The notes under the pieces are model-generated. The model saw only the letters and a list, made by a program, of their open reading frames with translations. It was not told the origin of the DNA and searched no databases. Below, piece by piece: positions 10,527 through 19,191 of a stretch of DNA of 64,000 nt. Where the stretch lies: assembly GCA_965218305.1 (NCBI GenBank), contig OZ244617.1, forward strand, positions 2,270,061 through 2,334,060. Reading direction: 5' to 3'. The first letter of the stretch is position 1. Each line of letters starts with the position of its first letter. This DNA is from an uncultured Candidatus Binatia bacterium. GTDB taxonomy: Bacteria > Desulfobacterota > Binatia > UBA9968 > JAJDTQ01. Both the position numbers and the translations under genes were made by a program.

Positions 10527-11516
10527 ATGGGTGTTTTGATTGAAGGGAAATGGCATGAGGACGGGCAGGTGCAGACCGACGCCCGTGGAAGTTTCGTTCG
10601 CGACGATTCCATATTCCGCAACTGGATCACCCAAGACGGCGTTCCCGGGATCACCGGCGAAGGCGGCTTCGGCGCCGAGGCCGGGCGCTACCACTTGTTC
10701 GTTTCGCCGTCGTGTCCGTGGGCGCATCGGGCGATGATCCTGCGCAAGTTGAAACACCTGGAGGACGCGGTCTCCATGTCCAGCGCGGACCGGCCCAAGA
10801 CCGCGGGCTGGTCCTATTCCCAAGGCATCGACGACCTGGAGCCGGGCGACGACGGCGTCTTTCGGCTGCACCAAGTCTACACCATGGCCAAGCCGAGCTA
10901 TACCGGGAAGGTCACGGTCCCGACCCTGTGGGACCGCGAACGCCGCACCATCGTCAACAACGAATCGTCGGAAATCATCCGCATGTTCAACTCGGCCTTC
11001 GAGGGCCTGACGGACGACAGGTATGACTATTATCCGCCGGATCTTCGCGAGGAGATCGACCGCATCAACGACTTCGTCTACGAGCACGTGAACAACGGCG
11101 TCTACCGGGCCGGCTTCGCCAAGTCGCAGGGGGCCTACGAAGAAGCCGTGAAGAAGGTGTTCCACGGCCTCGATACCATGGAGGGATGGCTGGCCGAGCG
11201 CCGCTACCTTGCCGGCGACAGCGTTACCGAGGCCGACTGGCGGGCGTTCCCGACGCTGCTGCGCTTCGACCTGGTCTACCACGGCCACTTCAAGTGCAAC
11301 CTCCGGCGCGTCCAGGACTATCCTCATCTTGCCGGCTACCTCCGGGAACTCTACCAATGGCCGGAAGTGCGGGAGACCTGTGATCTCGACAAGATCAAGG
11401 CAGGCTACTACGGCAGCCAGTCCCACGTGAATCCCACCGGCATCGTGCCCGTAGGCCCGGCCATGGATCACCTGGAGGAGCCCCATGGCCGGGACGGACT
11501 GCAGGCCGTGGCATAG
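10527..11516 (+). CDS. yqjG: Glutathionyl-hydroquinone reductase (GST omega-like, YqjG family)
   Basis: CPWAHR, TVPTLWD, NNESSEI, NNGVYRAGFA, HFKCN, NPTGIVP motifs; GGAGG RBS. Confidence 0.93.
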   Translation: MGVLIEGKWHEDGQVQTDARGSFVRDDSIFRNWITQDGVPGITGEGGFGAEAGRYHLFVSPSCPWAHRAMILRKLKHLEDAVSMSSADRPKTAGWSYSQGIDDLEPGDDGVFRLHQVYTMAKPSYTGKVTVPTLWDRERRTIVNNESSEIIRMFNSAFEGLTDDRYDYYPPDLREEIDRINDFVYEHVNNGVYRAGFAKSQGAYEEAVKKVFHGLDTMEGWLAERRYLAGDSVTEADWRAFPTLLRFDLVYHGHFKCNLRRVQDYPHLAGYLRELYQWPEVRETCDLDKIKAGYYGSQSHVNPTGIVPVGPAMDHLEEPHGRDGLQAVA

Positions 11517-11643
11517 TGGGGTTGAGGAGACACGCGTTTGACCGGGGCGCCGGGAGCATCCATAAAGAGAGTTCGTCAACAATCCACGCAACCGTTTCCG
11601 AACGGCTGACAGACACCCTGTGAACGGAACAAGGAGACCAACC

Positions 11644-12363
11644 ATGAGCGAACGCGTATGGGATCGTTTTCTGACGGAACAGGACAAGGCTCACGTAGCG
11701 ATGAAGGCGTCCAGGCCCATCGGGTTCGGCAAGAAGCCCGCCCTGTTGCTCATCGACCTCTACCGGTGGGTTTTCGGTGACAAGCCCGAGCCCGTGCTGG
11801 AGGCCATCAAGGAATGGCCCGGAAGCTGCGGCATGGCCGGCTGGGACGCAATCCCTCACATCCAGAAGCTGCTGCAGACCGCGCGCGAGGTGGGGATCCC
11901 CGTCATTCACATCTCCGGGCTGCCCGGCGCCGGCGTGGATGAATGGTCCTTCCGGCGTGACAGTTCCTCAACCAACCTGTCGGCCGAAGCCCTGGAGCGG
12001 CGGCGGAACAAGTTCGACATCATCGACGAGGTCCAGCCGCTTCCCGGAGAAGCCGTGCTGCGCAAATTGTCACCGAGCGCTTTCTGGGGCACCCCCCTGA
12101 TAGCGCACCTCAACCAGTACGGCATCGATACCGTCATCGCCTGCGGTGAGAGCACCAGCGGCTGCGTGCGCGCCAGCGTGGTGGACGGCTGCACCTACCG
12201 GTTCCGCATGGTGGTGGCCGAGGAATGCGTCTTCGACCGGCACGAGGCCTGCCACGCCATCAACCTCTTCGACATGAACCAGAAGTACGCCGACGTGCTG
12301 CCGCTCGACGAGATCGTGCAGTATCTCCACGCGTGGCGGGCGGAGCGGCCGGCGGAGGCGTAG
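11644..12363 (+). CDS. Isochorismatase-family cysteine hydrolase (maleamate/N-carbamoylsarcosine amidase-like)
   Basis: LIDL, K...SAFWGT, GESTSGCVRAS giving the Asp-Lys-Cys triad. Confidence 0.9.
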   Translation: MSERVWDRFLTEQDKAHVAMKASRPIGFGKKPALLLIDLYRWVFGDKPEPVLEAIKEWPGSCGMAGWDAIPHIQKLLQTAREVGIPVIHISGLPGAGVDEWSFRRDSSSTNLSAEALERRRNKFDIIDEVQPLPGEAVLRKLSPSAFWGTPLIAHLNQYGIDTVIACGESTSGCVRASVVDGCTYRFRMVVAEECVFDRHEACHAINLFDMNQKYADVLPLDEIVQYLHAWRAERPAEA

Positions 12364-12459
12364 TTCACGCCGATGGACCATGCAGGGGCGCCCCGGACAG
12401 GCATCCCTGCCGCGACGTTCACCCTTCCCCTTTCCGGTCGCACCCCCCTCCCTCCTACC

Positions 12460-12488
12460 CGTCATCCCGGGCTTGACCCGGGATCCAG
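12460..12488 (+). repeat. CGTC-type palindromic repeat (family D)
   Basis: CGTCATCCCGGGCTTGACCCGGGATCCAG; related copies at 29028-29054, 29898-29924 and 51436-51454. Confidence 0.75.
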
Positions 12489-12528
12489 GAGGGGTGGAGC
12501 GGCGGAAACGGGTACGGCCGAAACGCCG

Positions 12529-13674
12529 TTAGCCGTTGGCCAGATTGCTGCGCCGACCGTTCTCGGGAAGCTTCACGCCACCGTCGCCCGCGGCTCTGCG
12601 CAGCCGGTCCCACTCATCCCTGAACCCAAAGGTGTGGCCGCGGAAATGCGGCATGACGTAGCGGGCGAACAGCTCCAGCGAGCGGCGGAGCTTGTGGCTC
12701 CGGGTCCATTCGTGGGTGGTGAGCATCAGGCCGCCGAAGCCGCCGGTCTCCTGCTGCATGCGCTCGATGTGGCGGATGGCGTCGTCCGGGGTGCCGATGA
12801 TCCAGTCCCGCCGGTCCGCGGCGGAACGGGGCGTGATCTCCAACGCCGGCTGGTCGGGATAGGACTCGTAGGGCCTCTTGAGGCCGATGGCGAAGAAGTA
12901 CTGCATGTCCCGGGCGATGCCCGCCTCCACGTCGGCCCAGGCCTGCTCGCGCGTCTCGGCCAGGTACACGCTCGTGGCGATACGCCAGTTGTCCCGGCTG
13001 GCGGTCTTGCCGTACCTGGCCGCTGCGGCCTCCACGGTCTTCCACTGCTCGGAGTGGGCCGGGTTGCGCCAGCGGTTCTTGCCTGCGGGGGACAGCAGCA
13101 TCATGTCGTACCTGCCGGCCAGCTCGAGGCTCCCGGAGGTTCCCGAGGACGCGATGGCCAGGGGCATGCGCGGCTGCTGATACGAACGAAGCTGAAGCCG
13201 CATGCCCTCGAAGCTCCAGAACTCGCCGTGGTGGTCGATGGGCTCGGGCGACTCCAGCAGCCGCACGATGACCTCCACCGACTCGTTCAGCATGGGATGG
13301 AGCCTCTCGTTGTCGAGGCCGAAGAGCTTCTTGTCGGTGACCAGCGCGCTCGGCCCCACGCCCAGGATGGCCCGCCCGCGCGTCAGGTGGTCGAGAAAGG
13401 CCATGCGTTCGGCCACATGGAACGGATGGTGGAACGGCGTGTTGATGACCGAGGTCCCCAGGCGTATGCGCTTGGCGTGGGCCGCGGCCTTGGCCAGCGC
13501 CAGCTCCGGCGCCGGCATGTTCTCCCAACCGCCCGAATGGTGCTCGCCGATGAAGAACTCGTCGAAGTCGAGCTCCTCGGCGTAGTGGATGAGCGAGATG
13601 TCCCGGTCAAATGCCAGCGCGGGATTCTCCGACGGGAGGTGAATCGGCATCATGAAAAAGGAAAACTTCATCAT
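12529..13674 (-). CDS. LLM-class flavin-dependent monooxygenase (limonene 1,2-monooxygenase-like)
   Basis: GEHHSGGWE, RLGTSV, HPFHVAER, LDHLTRGR, ELFARYVMPHF. Confidence 0.92.
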   Translation of the reverse strand: MMKFSFFMMPIHLPSENPALAFDRDISLIHYAEELDFDEFFIGEHHSGGWENMPAPELALAKAAAHAKRIRLGTSVINTPFHHPFHVAERMAFLDHLTRGRAILGVGPSALVTDKKLFGLDNERLHPMLNESVEVIVRLLESPEPIDHHGEFWSFEGMRLQLRSYQQPRMPLAIASSGTSGSLELAGRYDMMLLSPAGKNRWRNPAHSEQWKTVEAAAARYGKTASRDNWRIATSVYLAETREQAWADVEAGIARDMQYFFAIGLKRPYESYPDQPALEITPRSAADRRDWIIGTPDDAIRHIERMQQETGGFGGLMLTTHEWTRSHKLRRSLELFARYVMPHFRGHTFGFRDEWDRLRRAAGDGGVKLPENGRRSNLANG

Positions 13675-13687
13675 AGGACCTCATCCT

Positions 13688-13777
13688 GTAGCGGTTTCCT
13701 GACATGCGCGGGTTCGGAAACCGCCCCTACTTCTCGCGTGGTATGGGCCACGGAGGGCGACCGCCGGTCGCCCCTAC
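13688..13777. repeat. Cluster of degenerate GTAG-type REPs
   Basis: GTAGCGGTTTCC...GGAAACCGCCCCTAC (13688-13730) and GGGCGACCGCCGGTCGCCCCTAC (13755-13777). Confidence 0.7.
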
Positions 13778-13846
13778 GGTCGTAGCGCCTTGGCGACGGC
13801 AAAAAATTCCCGCATAGCCTCATGAACTTAAATACGCGATGGGACA

Positions 13847-15220
13847 CTAGGTCCCTTGGGCCGTGGCGAAGTAGCCGCCCGCGATGGCATCGTTCCATAG
13901 CTTGATGGCAGCCGGCGCAACGCCCTGGGGCAAGCCCTCATCGGCCTTCCAGAAGCTGTGCACTCCCGCGCCCAAGTGCGTCAGATGGGTCTTCGGGGCG
14001 GGCCGCATAGCGGCGAACGCGGGCAGGATCACTTCCTTGTACACCTCCGGGCTGTGGTCCCGGCTGTCCTTGGTGATGATGAACAGGAACGGCGGTATCG
14101 GCGGCGCCTCCGGCCCCGACAGCTCACGCGGATAGCCCAGGTAACGCTCGATGAGCGCCCGGGTCTCCTCGGCGTTCATGCCGAGGCGCCGGGCGCTGAC
14201 CTTCGCGCCCTCGGTCAGCGAGGCGGCGATGTCGTGCGTGATCACGTATTCCGCCTTGAACTGCGGCCGGGACCTGCCACGGTCCCAGTTGTCCAGGATC
14301 TCTTCCATCAGCATGGGCAGTTGCATCAACGCCCCGGGCCCCTGCTGTCCCAGGGCCTCCGGACCGGCGTAGCGCGCCAGATCGCGCCAGGTGCGGATGT
14401 ACAGCTCATTGAAGGGGTCGCTCCGGGCAGCATCTTCGGTGCTCACGCGCTCGAAACCGGCAATCTTGCCCATGGAGCCGCTCCAGTTGTCGCGCATGGC
14501 GCCCACGTGGCCGAACGGCGTGTGCTCGGTGGCCACCACCCCGGCGAAGTTGGGCACGCGCTGGGACAGCATGGAGACGAAGGGTCCCCCGGTGGAATGG
14601 CCTTCGCCGTAGATGGAGAACGTCCCCTCGGGCAGATGCCGGCGCATGGCCTCCTTCATGCCCTCTTCGAAGGCCACCGGCCAGGCCGCCATGCGGTAGT
14701 AGAAGTTCGTGCCGAGCCTGGCCCTGGCAACCGTCCGGGTGCCGTAACGCGGCCGCATGGAGACGTCCCGCGCGACCTCGTATTCGTCCCGCGCGATCGG
14801 CTCACCCTGTTTCCAGATGGGCGTCCGGACGCTGCCATCCGGGTGAATCGTATCCTCCGGCCAGTCCCGGCTCTGTTCCGGGAAATAGAACCGGCCGGGA
14901 AACGTCCCGCTCAGGACCTTGAAGCCGAATTTGCCCGCCGCCAGCGACGCCACCCGATCCATGGTCTTGTAGTCCCCCGAGCCGCCGTGGAGCAGGAAGA
15001 TTCCCACCTTCTTGCCGTCGGCGCCGGCGGGGATCCGGCTCTCGTCCCGCGGCTGGTAGACCACCATACCGATGTCCCAATCCATGCCCAGGGCCTGGAT
15101 CCGGATGATGTCTTCCTCGACGCGCACGGGGATGTCCGGCATGGCCAGCACCGCTTCGGAGTCGCGGATGATCTGTTCGCGCGATATCGTCGCGGGCAAT
15201 TCGGCTTGAGAAACGGTCAT
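13847..15220 (-). CDS. Uncharacterised protein, probable alpha/beta-hydrolase fold
   Basis: LLHGGSGD oxyanion-type motif, GHSTGG nucleophile elbow, C-terminal GVH; AAAGGA RBS. Confidence 0.65.
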   Translation of the reverse strand: MTVSQAELPATISREQIIRDSEAVLAMPDIPVRVEEDIIRIQALGMDWDIGMVVYQPRDESRIPAGADGKKVGIFLLHGGSGDYKTMDRVASLAAGKFGFKVLSGTFPGRFYFPEQSRDWPEDTIHPDGSVRTPIWKQGEPIARDEYEVARDVSMRPRYGTRTVARARLGTNFYYRMAAWPVAFEEGMKEAMRRHLPEGTFSIYGEGHSTGGPFVSMLSQRVPNFAGVVATEHTPFGHVGAMRDNWSGSMGKIAGFERVSTEDAARSDPFNELYIRTWRDLARYAGPEALGQQGPGALMQLPMLMEEILDNWDRGRSRPQFKAEYVITHDIAASLTEGAKVSARRLGMNAEETRALIERYLGYPRELSGPEAPPIPPFLFIITKDSRDHSPEVYKEVILPAFAAMRPAPKTHLTHLGAGVHSFWKADEGLPQGVAPAAIKLWNDAIAGGYFATAQGT

Positions 15221-15327
15221 GGGAATCCTTTCGTCCAGTCTACAGGCCTCTGTCTACTACAGACTCCGGCCGCCCGCCACACGCCCCGCGCGCACGGGGT
15301 GGAATGCACTTGTACGTCGAAAATCCT

Positions 15328-15393
15328 GTAGGTCGGATTAGCCGAAGGCGTAATCCGACATGGGGCGCGGCGTCGGATTACGCCTTCGGCTAA
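15328..15393. repeat. REP pair (family A); second copy is split by the IS and completed at 17461-17477
   Basis: GTAGGTCGGATTAGCCGAAGGCGTAATCCGAC, then GTCGGATTACGCCTTCGGCTAA | IS | CGGCTAATCCGACCTAC. Confidence 0.88.
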
Positions 15394-17453
15394 CCCATCT
15401 TTAACACGGGTTTTTAAAACTAGTTATTATTCGGTGGGTTAGCGGGGAATAATTTGGTGTGTGGCACTACATTTCGACAGTTTAAGGTATTCAAGCGATC
15501 AATTTGGTGACACCACCGGGGGCGGGGTCGAGATCGAGAGCGCTGTAGATCTTGAGTTGGCGTTGCTCGGCACGGGTGGCCTTGCGCACGTGCAGGGTGC
15601 GACCGTCCTTTCGGCGGAAGGAGGCGGTGACACGGTGCTGGCCTTCGAGGATACGGCGCAAAGTGGTCCAACTCGCGTTCTCTCCATGTTCGGCGAGGCG
15701 CCTGCGGATGGTCTGGACCAGTTGGTAGGCGATGACGGTGATGAACAGGTGTCCGTCGGAGCGGTTCTGCTTTTTGTGGAAGATGGGGCGGAGGCCGAGT
15801 TCGGACTTGAGAGAGCGGAACACGGCTTCCAGATCGGTGAGCATGGTGTAAGTGCGCCACAAGGTCTGTGGATCCCAGTCGTGGACATTGGAGCGCAGAC
15901 AGTAGACACCCGGATGGGTGAGCATGGAGCCGGCAAGGGGCTTGGGCTTCCAGGTGACGGCCACTGCCTTTCGGCTGTGGGGGTCGGCGACGACGTCCAC
16001 GGTGTAATGCTGCCCGGCGCCGCGGCAGCGCTCCTGGATCCGCCCGATCCGCTGCCAGACAGAGTCGAGCCCCTTGCGGGTGCGGGGCCGGGACAGCCCC
16101 TCGTGGAGCTTTCGCAACTCGCTCTCGAAGCGCTCGGCGAAGCGTCTGGCGATCCCTTCCTCCTTTTTGGCGCGCTCCTCGGAATAACAGTACAGCCGCA
16201 CCTCGCCTCGGTCCTCATCCACCTCCTTGTGCAGATGAACCTTGTGGTGCGACCGGGTCTCGATGGCGATGGACCGCTCGGGGTCGAAGCGGCGGGTGCG
16301 TTGGCGGCTGACCACCAGATAACGGTAGCCGTTGTCACGCAACCAGGCCACGTTGTCCTCGGTGGCAATCCCCGCATCCATCACCACCAGGGCGTCGCCG
16401 GGCGCGTGCAGGGCCTTGAGCATCGGCTCCAGCGTCTTGTCTTCGTCCGCCCTGCCGGCAAACACTTCGGAGCGGCGCACGAAACCCGAACCGTCCAGCA
16501 CCAGCCCCAGGGTCAGCAGCGCACAGTCGCTGCGCTGCTCTTTCGAGTGCCCGCGCTGGGCCTTGGGCTGGTCTTTGGCCTCGCCTTCGAAAAACGTGTT
16601 GGTAAGGTCGTACAGCGTCACCGTGTGACCCAGACCGAACAACTCCGTCACCTGCTCGAACAGGTGCTTCTCGATGGCCTCCCGATGAGCCATCAAAGCA
16701 TCCGACACACGGTAAAGACGCATCACGCTCATGGCCTCGAAGTCCACCTCCAGCAACTCCCCCAGCCCGCTGCGCTCACACAGCCAGCGCCAACTCGCCC
16801 TCTCCGACCCCGGCTGCCCCATCCGCCCGATGATCGACCCCACCGCCACCGCCCGTTGCCGGCCGTTGAACCCCAGCCCCTCCAGCAAACCCCTTAGACC
16901 CAGCCTCTCCATCGCCCACAGCCCCACATGCTCCACCCCCACCGTCCGCGGCCGCGCCAACTCCAGCGACTCCACGTCCACCGTTTGCAGATCCGGGCCT
17001 CCCGCCGCTACCTCAGGCCCCCGGTGCACCAGTTGCAGGGCTATCCGCTGCGCTTCCCGTTCAACCTCATCCGGACAGTCCAGCTCTACCAGCACCTCCT
17101 GGCGCTCCAGCAACTGCTCGATCCGACTGCACAACACCGCCCAATGCTCCGTTGCTACCGCAAACTCACTGCCGAGATTGAGCAGCGTGCGCTGCCGCAC
17201 CCGCTCCCCGCTACGCTCGGAACGCACGAGTCGGTAGGAGTGGTAGACCTTGCCGCCTTCGGCACTGCGCGTCCTGGTGCGCCGGATGAACATGGAGGGA
17301 GGATAGCAGAGGGGGAGAAGGAATGCAAGAGAATATTAACAAGTATGGCACTACATTGTGCCAGCCAAAACATCAACTCAATGAAATCAATACCTTAGCC
17401 CACTCCCCACCCCACAATTTACCGAAATCCCCCTCTCTTGTGTTAAAGATGGG
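15394..17453 (-). mobile_element. IS1634-family insertion sequence
   Basis: 14-bp terminal inverted repeats CCCATCTTTAACAC / GTGTTAAAGATGGG enclosing one DDE transposase. Confidence 0.9.
15491..17293 (-). CDS. IS1634-family DDE transposase
   Basis: RQRTLLNLG, LYDLTNTFFEG, RGHSKEQRSD, VMDAG, EAVFRSLKSELGLRPIFH motifs; 600 aa. Confidence 0.93.
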   Translation of the reverse strand: MFIRRTRTRSAEGGKVYHSYRLVRSERSGERVRQRTLLNLGSEFAVATEHWAVLCSRIEQLLERQEVLVELDCPDEVEREAQRIALQLVHRGPEVAAGGPDLQTVDVESLELARPRTVGVEHVGLWAMERLGLRGLLEGLGFNGRQRAVAVGSIIGRMGQPGSERASWRWLCERSGLGELLEVDFEAMSVMRLYRVSDALMAHREAIEKHLFEQVTELFGLGHTVTLYDLTNTFFEGEAKDQPKAQRGHSKEQRSDCALLTLGLVLDGSGFVRRSEVFAGRADEDKTLEPMLKALHAPGDALVVMDAGIATEDNVAWLRDNGYRYLVVSRQRTRRFDPERSIAIETRSHHKVHLHKEVDEDRGEVRLYCYSEERAKKEEGIARRFAERFESELRKLHEGLSRPRTRKGLDSVWQRIGRIQERCRGAGQHYTVDVVADPHSRKAVAVTWKPKPLAGSMLTHPGVYCLRSNVHDWDPQTLWRTYTMLTDLEAVFRSLKSELGLRPIFHKKQNRSDGHLFITVIAYQLVQTIRRRLAEHGENASWTTLRRILEGQHRVTASFRRKDGRTLHVRKATRAEQRQLKIYSALDLDPAPGGVTKLIA

Positions 17454-17586
17454 CTAACCCCGGCTAATCCGACCTACGCGACTACAGACGCCCGGCGCCC
17501 GCTACAGGCTCTCGGGGGTCGCCGAGCCTTGCCGACAACAACGAATCCTGCGCATATTGTCCACGAACGTCGGTCCCAGGACACTC

Positions 17587-19092
17587 ATGTTCCGCTTCTC
17601 CCCCAACCCCAACAGCGCCCATCGCATTCACTGGATCGATTGGGGTCAGGCCGCCTTTGATCGCGCGCGCTCCGAGAAAAAACCGGTGTTGCTCTGCCTG
17701 AGCGCGTTCTGGTGCGGCATCTGTCAGCGCATGGATGAGACCACCTTCTCCGACACCGAGACCATCGCGCTTTTGAACGCGTACTTCGTCCCGGTCCGTG
17801 TGGAGGACGCCCAGCGGCCGGACATCGACGTGCGCTACAACCGGAACGGCTGGCCCACCCTCGTGTTCCTGAGCGCCGAGGGCGACTACCTGGCGAGCGT
17901 CAACTACCTGTCGCCCCGTGACTTCAACGACGTCCTGGTGCGGGTCCACGTCGGTTACCCGGAGCGCGTACCCGCCGGGGCGTCGGCTCCTCCGGCCTCT
18001 CCCCCAACCGACACCCCCGAGCTTCGGCCGGGAACGGCGGACGAGATCGCCGGGATCGTCTGGAACCTCGCGGACCCCATGCACGGCGGCTACGAAGCGG
18101 ACCGAAAGTTTCCCCACTGCGAGGCCAACGAGTTCCTGTTGCGGCATCATGCGGGCACCGGCAACGCGCGTTACCTCAACCATGTGCGGCTCACCCTCTA
18201 CCGCATGCACCAGAGCAAGACCCATGACCCGGAAGGCGGTTTCTTTCGCTACTCATCGAAGCCGGACTGGAGCGAGCCTCACCACGAGAAACTCCTGTCC
18301 GACCACGCCGGCCTGCTGGACAACGCCCTGCACGTGTTCGAGCTTACCGGGGAATCCTTTTTCCGGGAGTTGGCGGAAGAGATCCTGGACTACCTGGACC
18401 GCGGGTTTCGCGACCCGGCCCAGCCGTACTTCCACGGCTGCCGCGACTACATCCGGATCACACCCGGCCGGGACACGCCCCCGGGCTCCGTGCTGCACAA
18501 GAACCGGGGCATGTTCTCCATCACCGATCCCTGGATGTACACCGACGCCAATGCCCGCACGGTTTCCGCCTGCCTGAGAGCCGCCGGAACCCTTGAGCGC
18601 GAGGACTGCAAGGAACGCGCTTTGGAGACGCTGCGGTTCCTGCTGGACCATTGCTGGGACGGTTCCCGCGGCATGGCCCACTACCTGGACGGCGCGCCCC
18701 GGTTGCGCGGACTCCTCACGGATCAGGTCCTCATGGGACGCGCCCTGACGGACGGGTTCGACGCCACCGGCGAACCGGCCCTCCTCGAACATGCCGAAGC
18801 ACTGGCGGGATTCATCCGGGCCAACTTGAGCAATCCGGCAGGCGGCTTCTTCGACATTGCCGAGAAAGGACCCGCATTCCTCAACTATCCCCTGACCCTG
18901 GTCACCGAAAACGGCGCCGCCGCGCGCTTCTTCCTGAAGCTGCACGACCTCACCGGGAAGCCGGAATACCACGACGCCGCCCTGTGGGCGCTCAAGTGCC
19001 ATCACGGAGACCTGACGGACCACGGGGTCCACGCGGCGGAGTACGGCACGGCGCTGGCCACCTACGGTGGAGCGGCAAAGTCCAATGAATGA
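17587..19092 (+). CDS. Thioredoxin-domain (DUF255/YyaL/SSP411-like) protein
   Basis: IHWIDW, WCGICQRMDETTF, VRVEDAQRPDID, GWPTLVFL, GGFFRYS...W..PH.EK. Confidence 0.88.
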   Translation: MFRFSPNPNSAHRIHWIDWGQAAFDRARSEKKPVLLCLSAFWCGICQRMDETTFSDTETIALLNAYFVPVRVEDAQRPDIDVRYNRNGWPTLVFLSAEGDYLASVNYLSPRDFNDVLVRVHVGYPERVPAGASAPPASPPTDTPELRPGTADEIAGIVWNLADPMHGGYEADRKFPHCEANEFLLRHHAGTGNARYLNHVRLTLYRMHQSKTHDPEGGFFRYSSKPDWSEPHHEKLLSDHAGLLDNALHVFELTGESFFRELAEEILDYLDRGFRDPAQPYFHGCRDYIRITPGRDTPPGSVLHKNRGMFSITDPWMYTDANARTVSACLRAAGTLEREDCKERALETLRFLLDHCWDGSRGMAHYLDGAPRLRGLLTDQVLMGRALTDGFDATGEPALLEHAEALAGFIRANLSNPAGGFFDIAEKGPAFLNYPLTLVTENGAAARFFLKLHDLTGKPEYHDAALWALKCHHGDLTDHGVHAAEYGTALATYGGAAKSNE

Positions 19093-19191
19093 AGGCCCGC
19101 CAACGTTGCCCTGTTCTCGGCGCTGCCGCTTTGCCATTGCCGCGGGAATGTGGGATCATTTGCCCGACTGTGTCCAGATGGAGGCCACCGC

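Noticed and set aside
11517-11643. Possible TPP or SAM riboswitch before the isochorismatase gene
   Set aside because: Only loose fragments (GCTGACAGACACCC...GAAC); the conserved cores are missing. An Infernal/Rfam scan would settle it.
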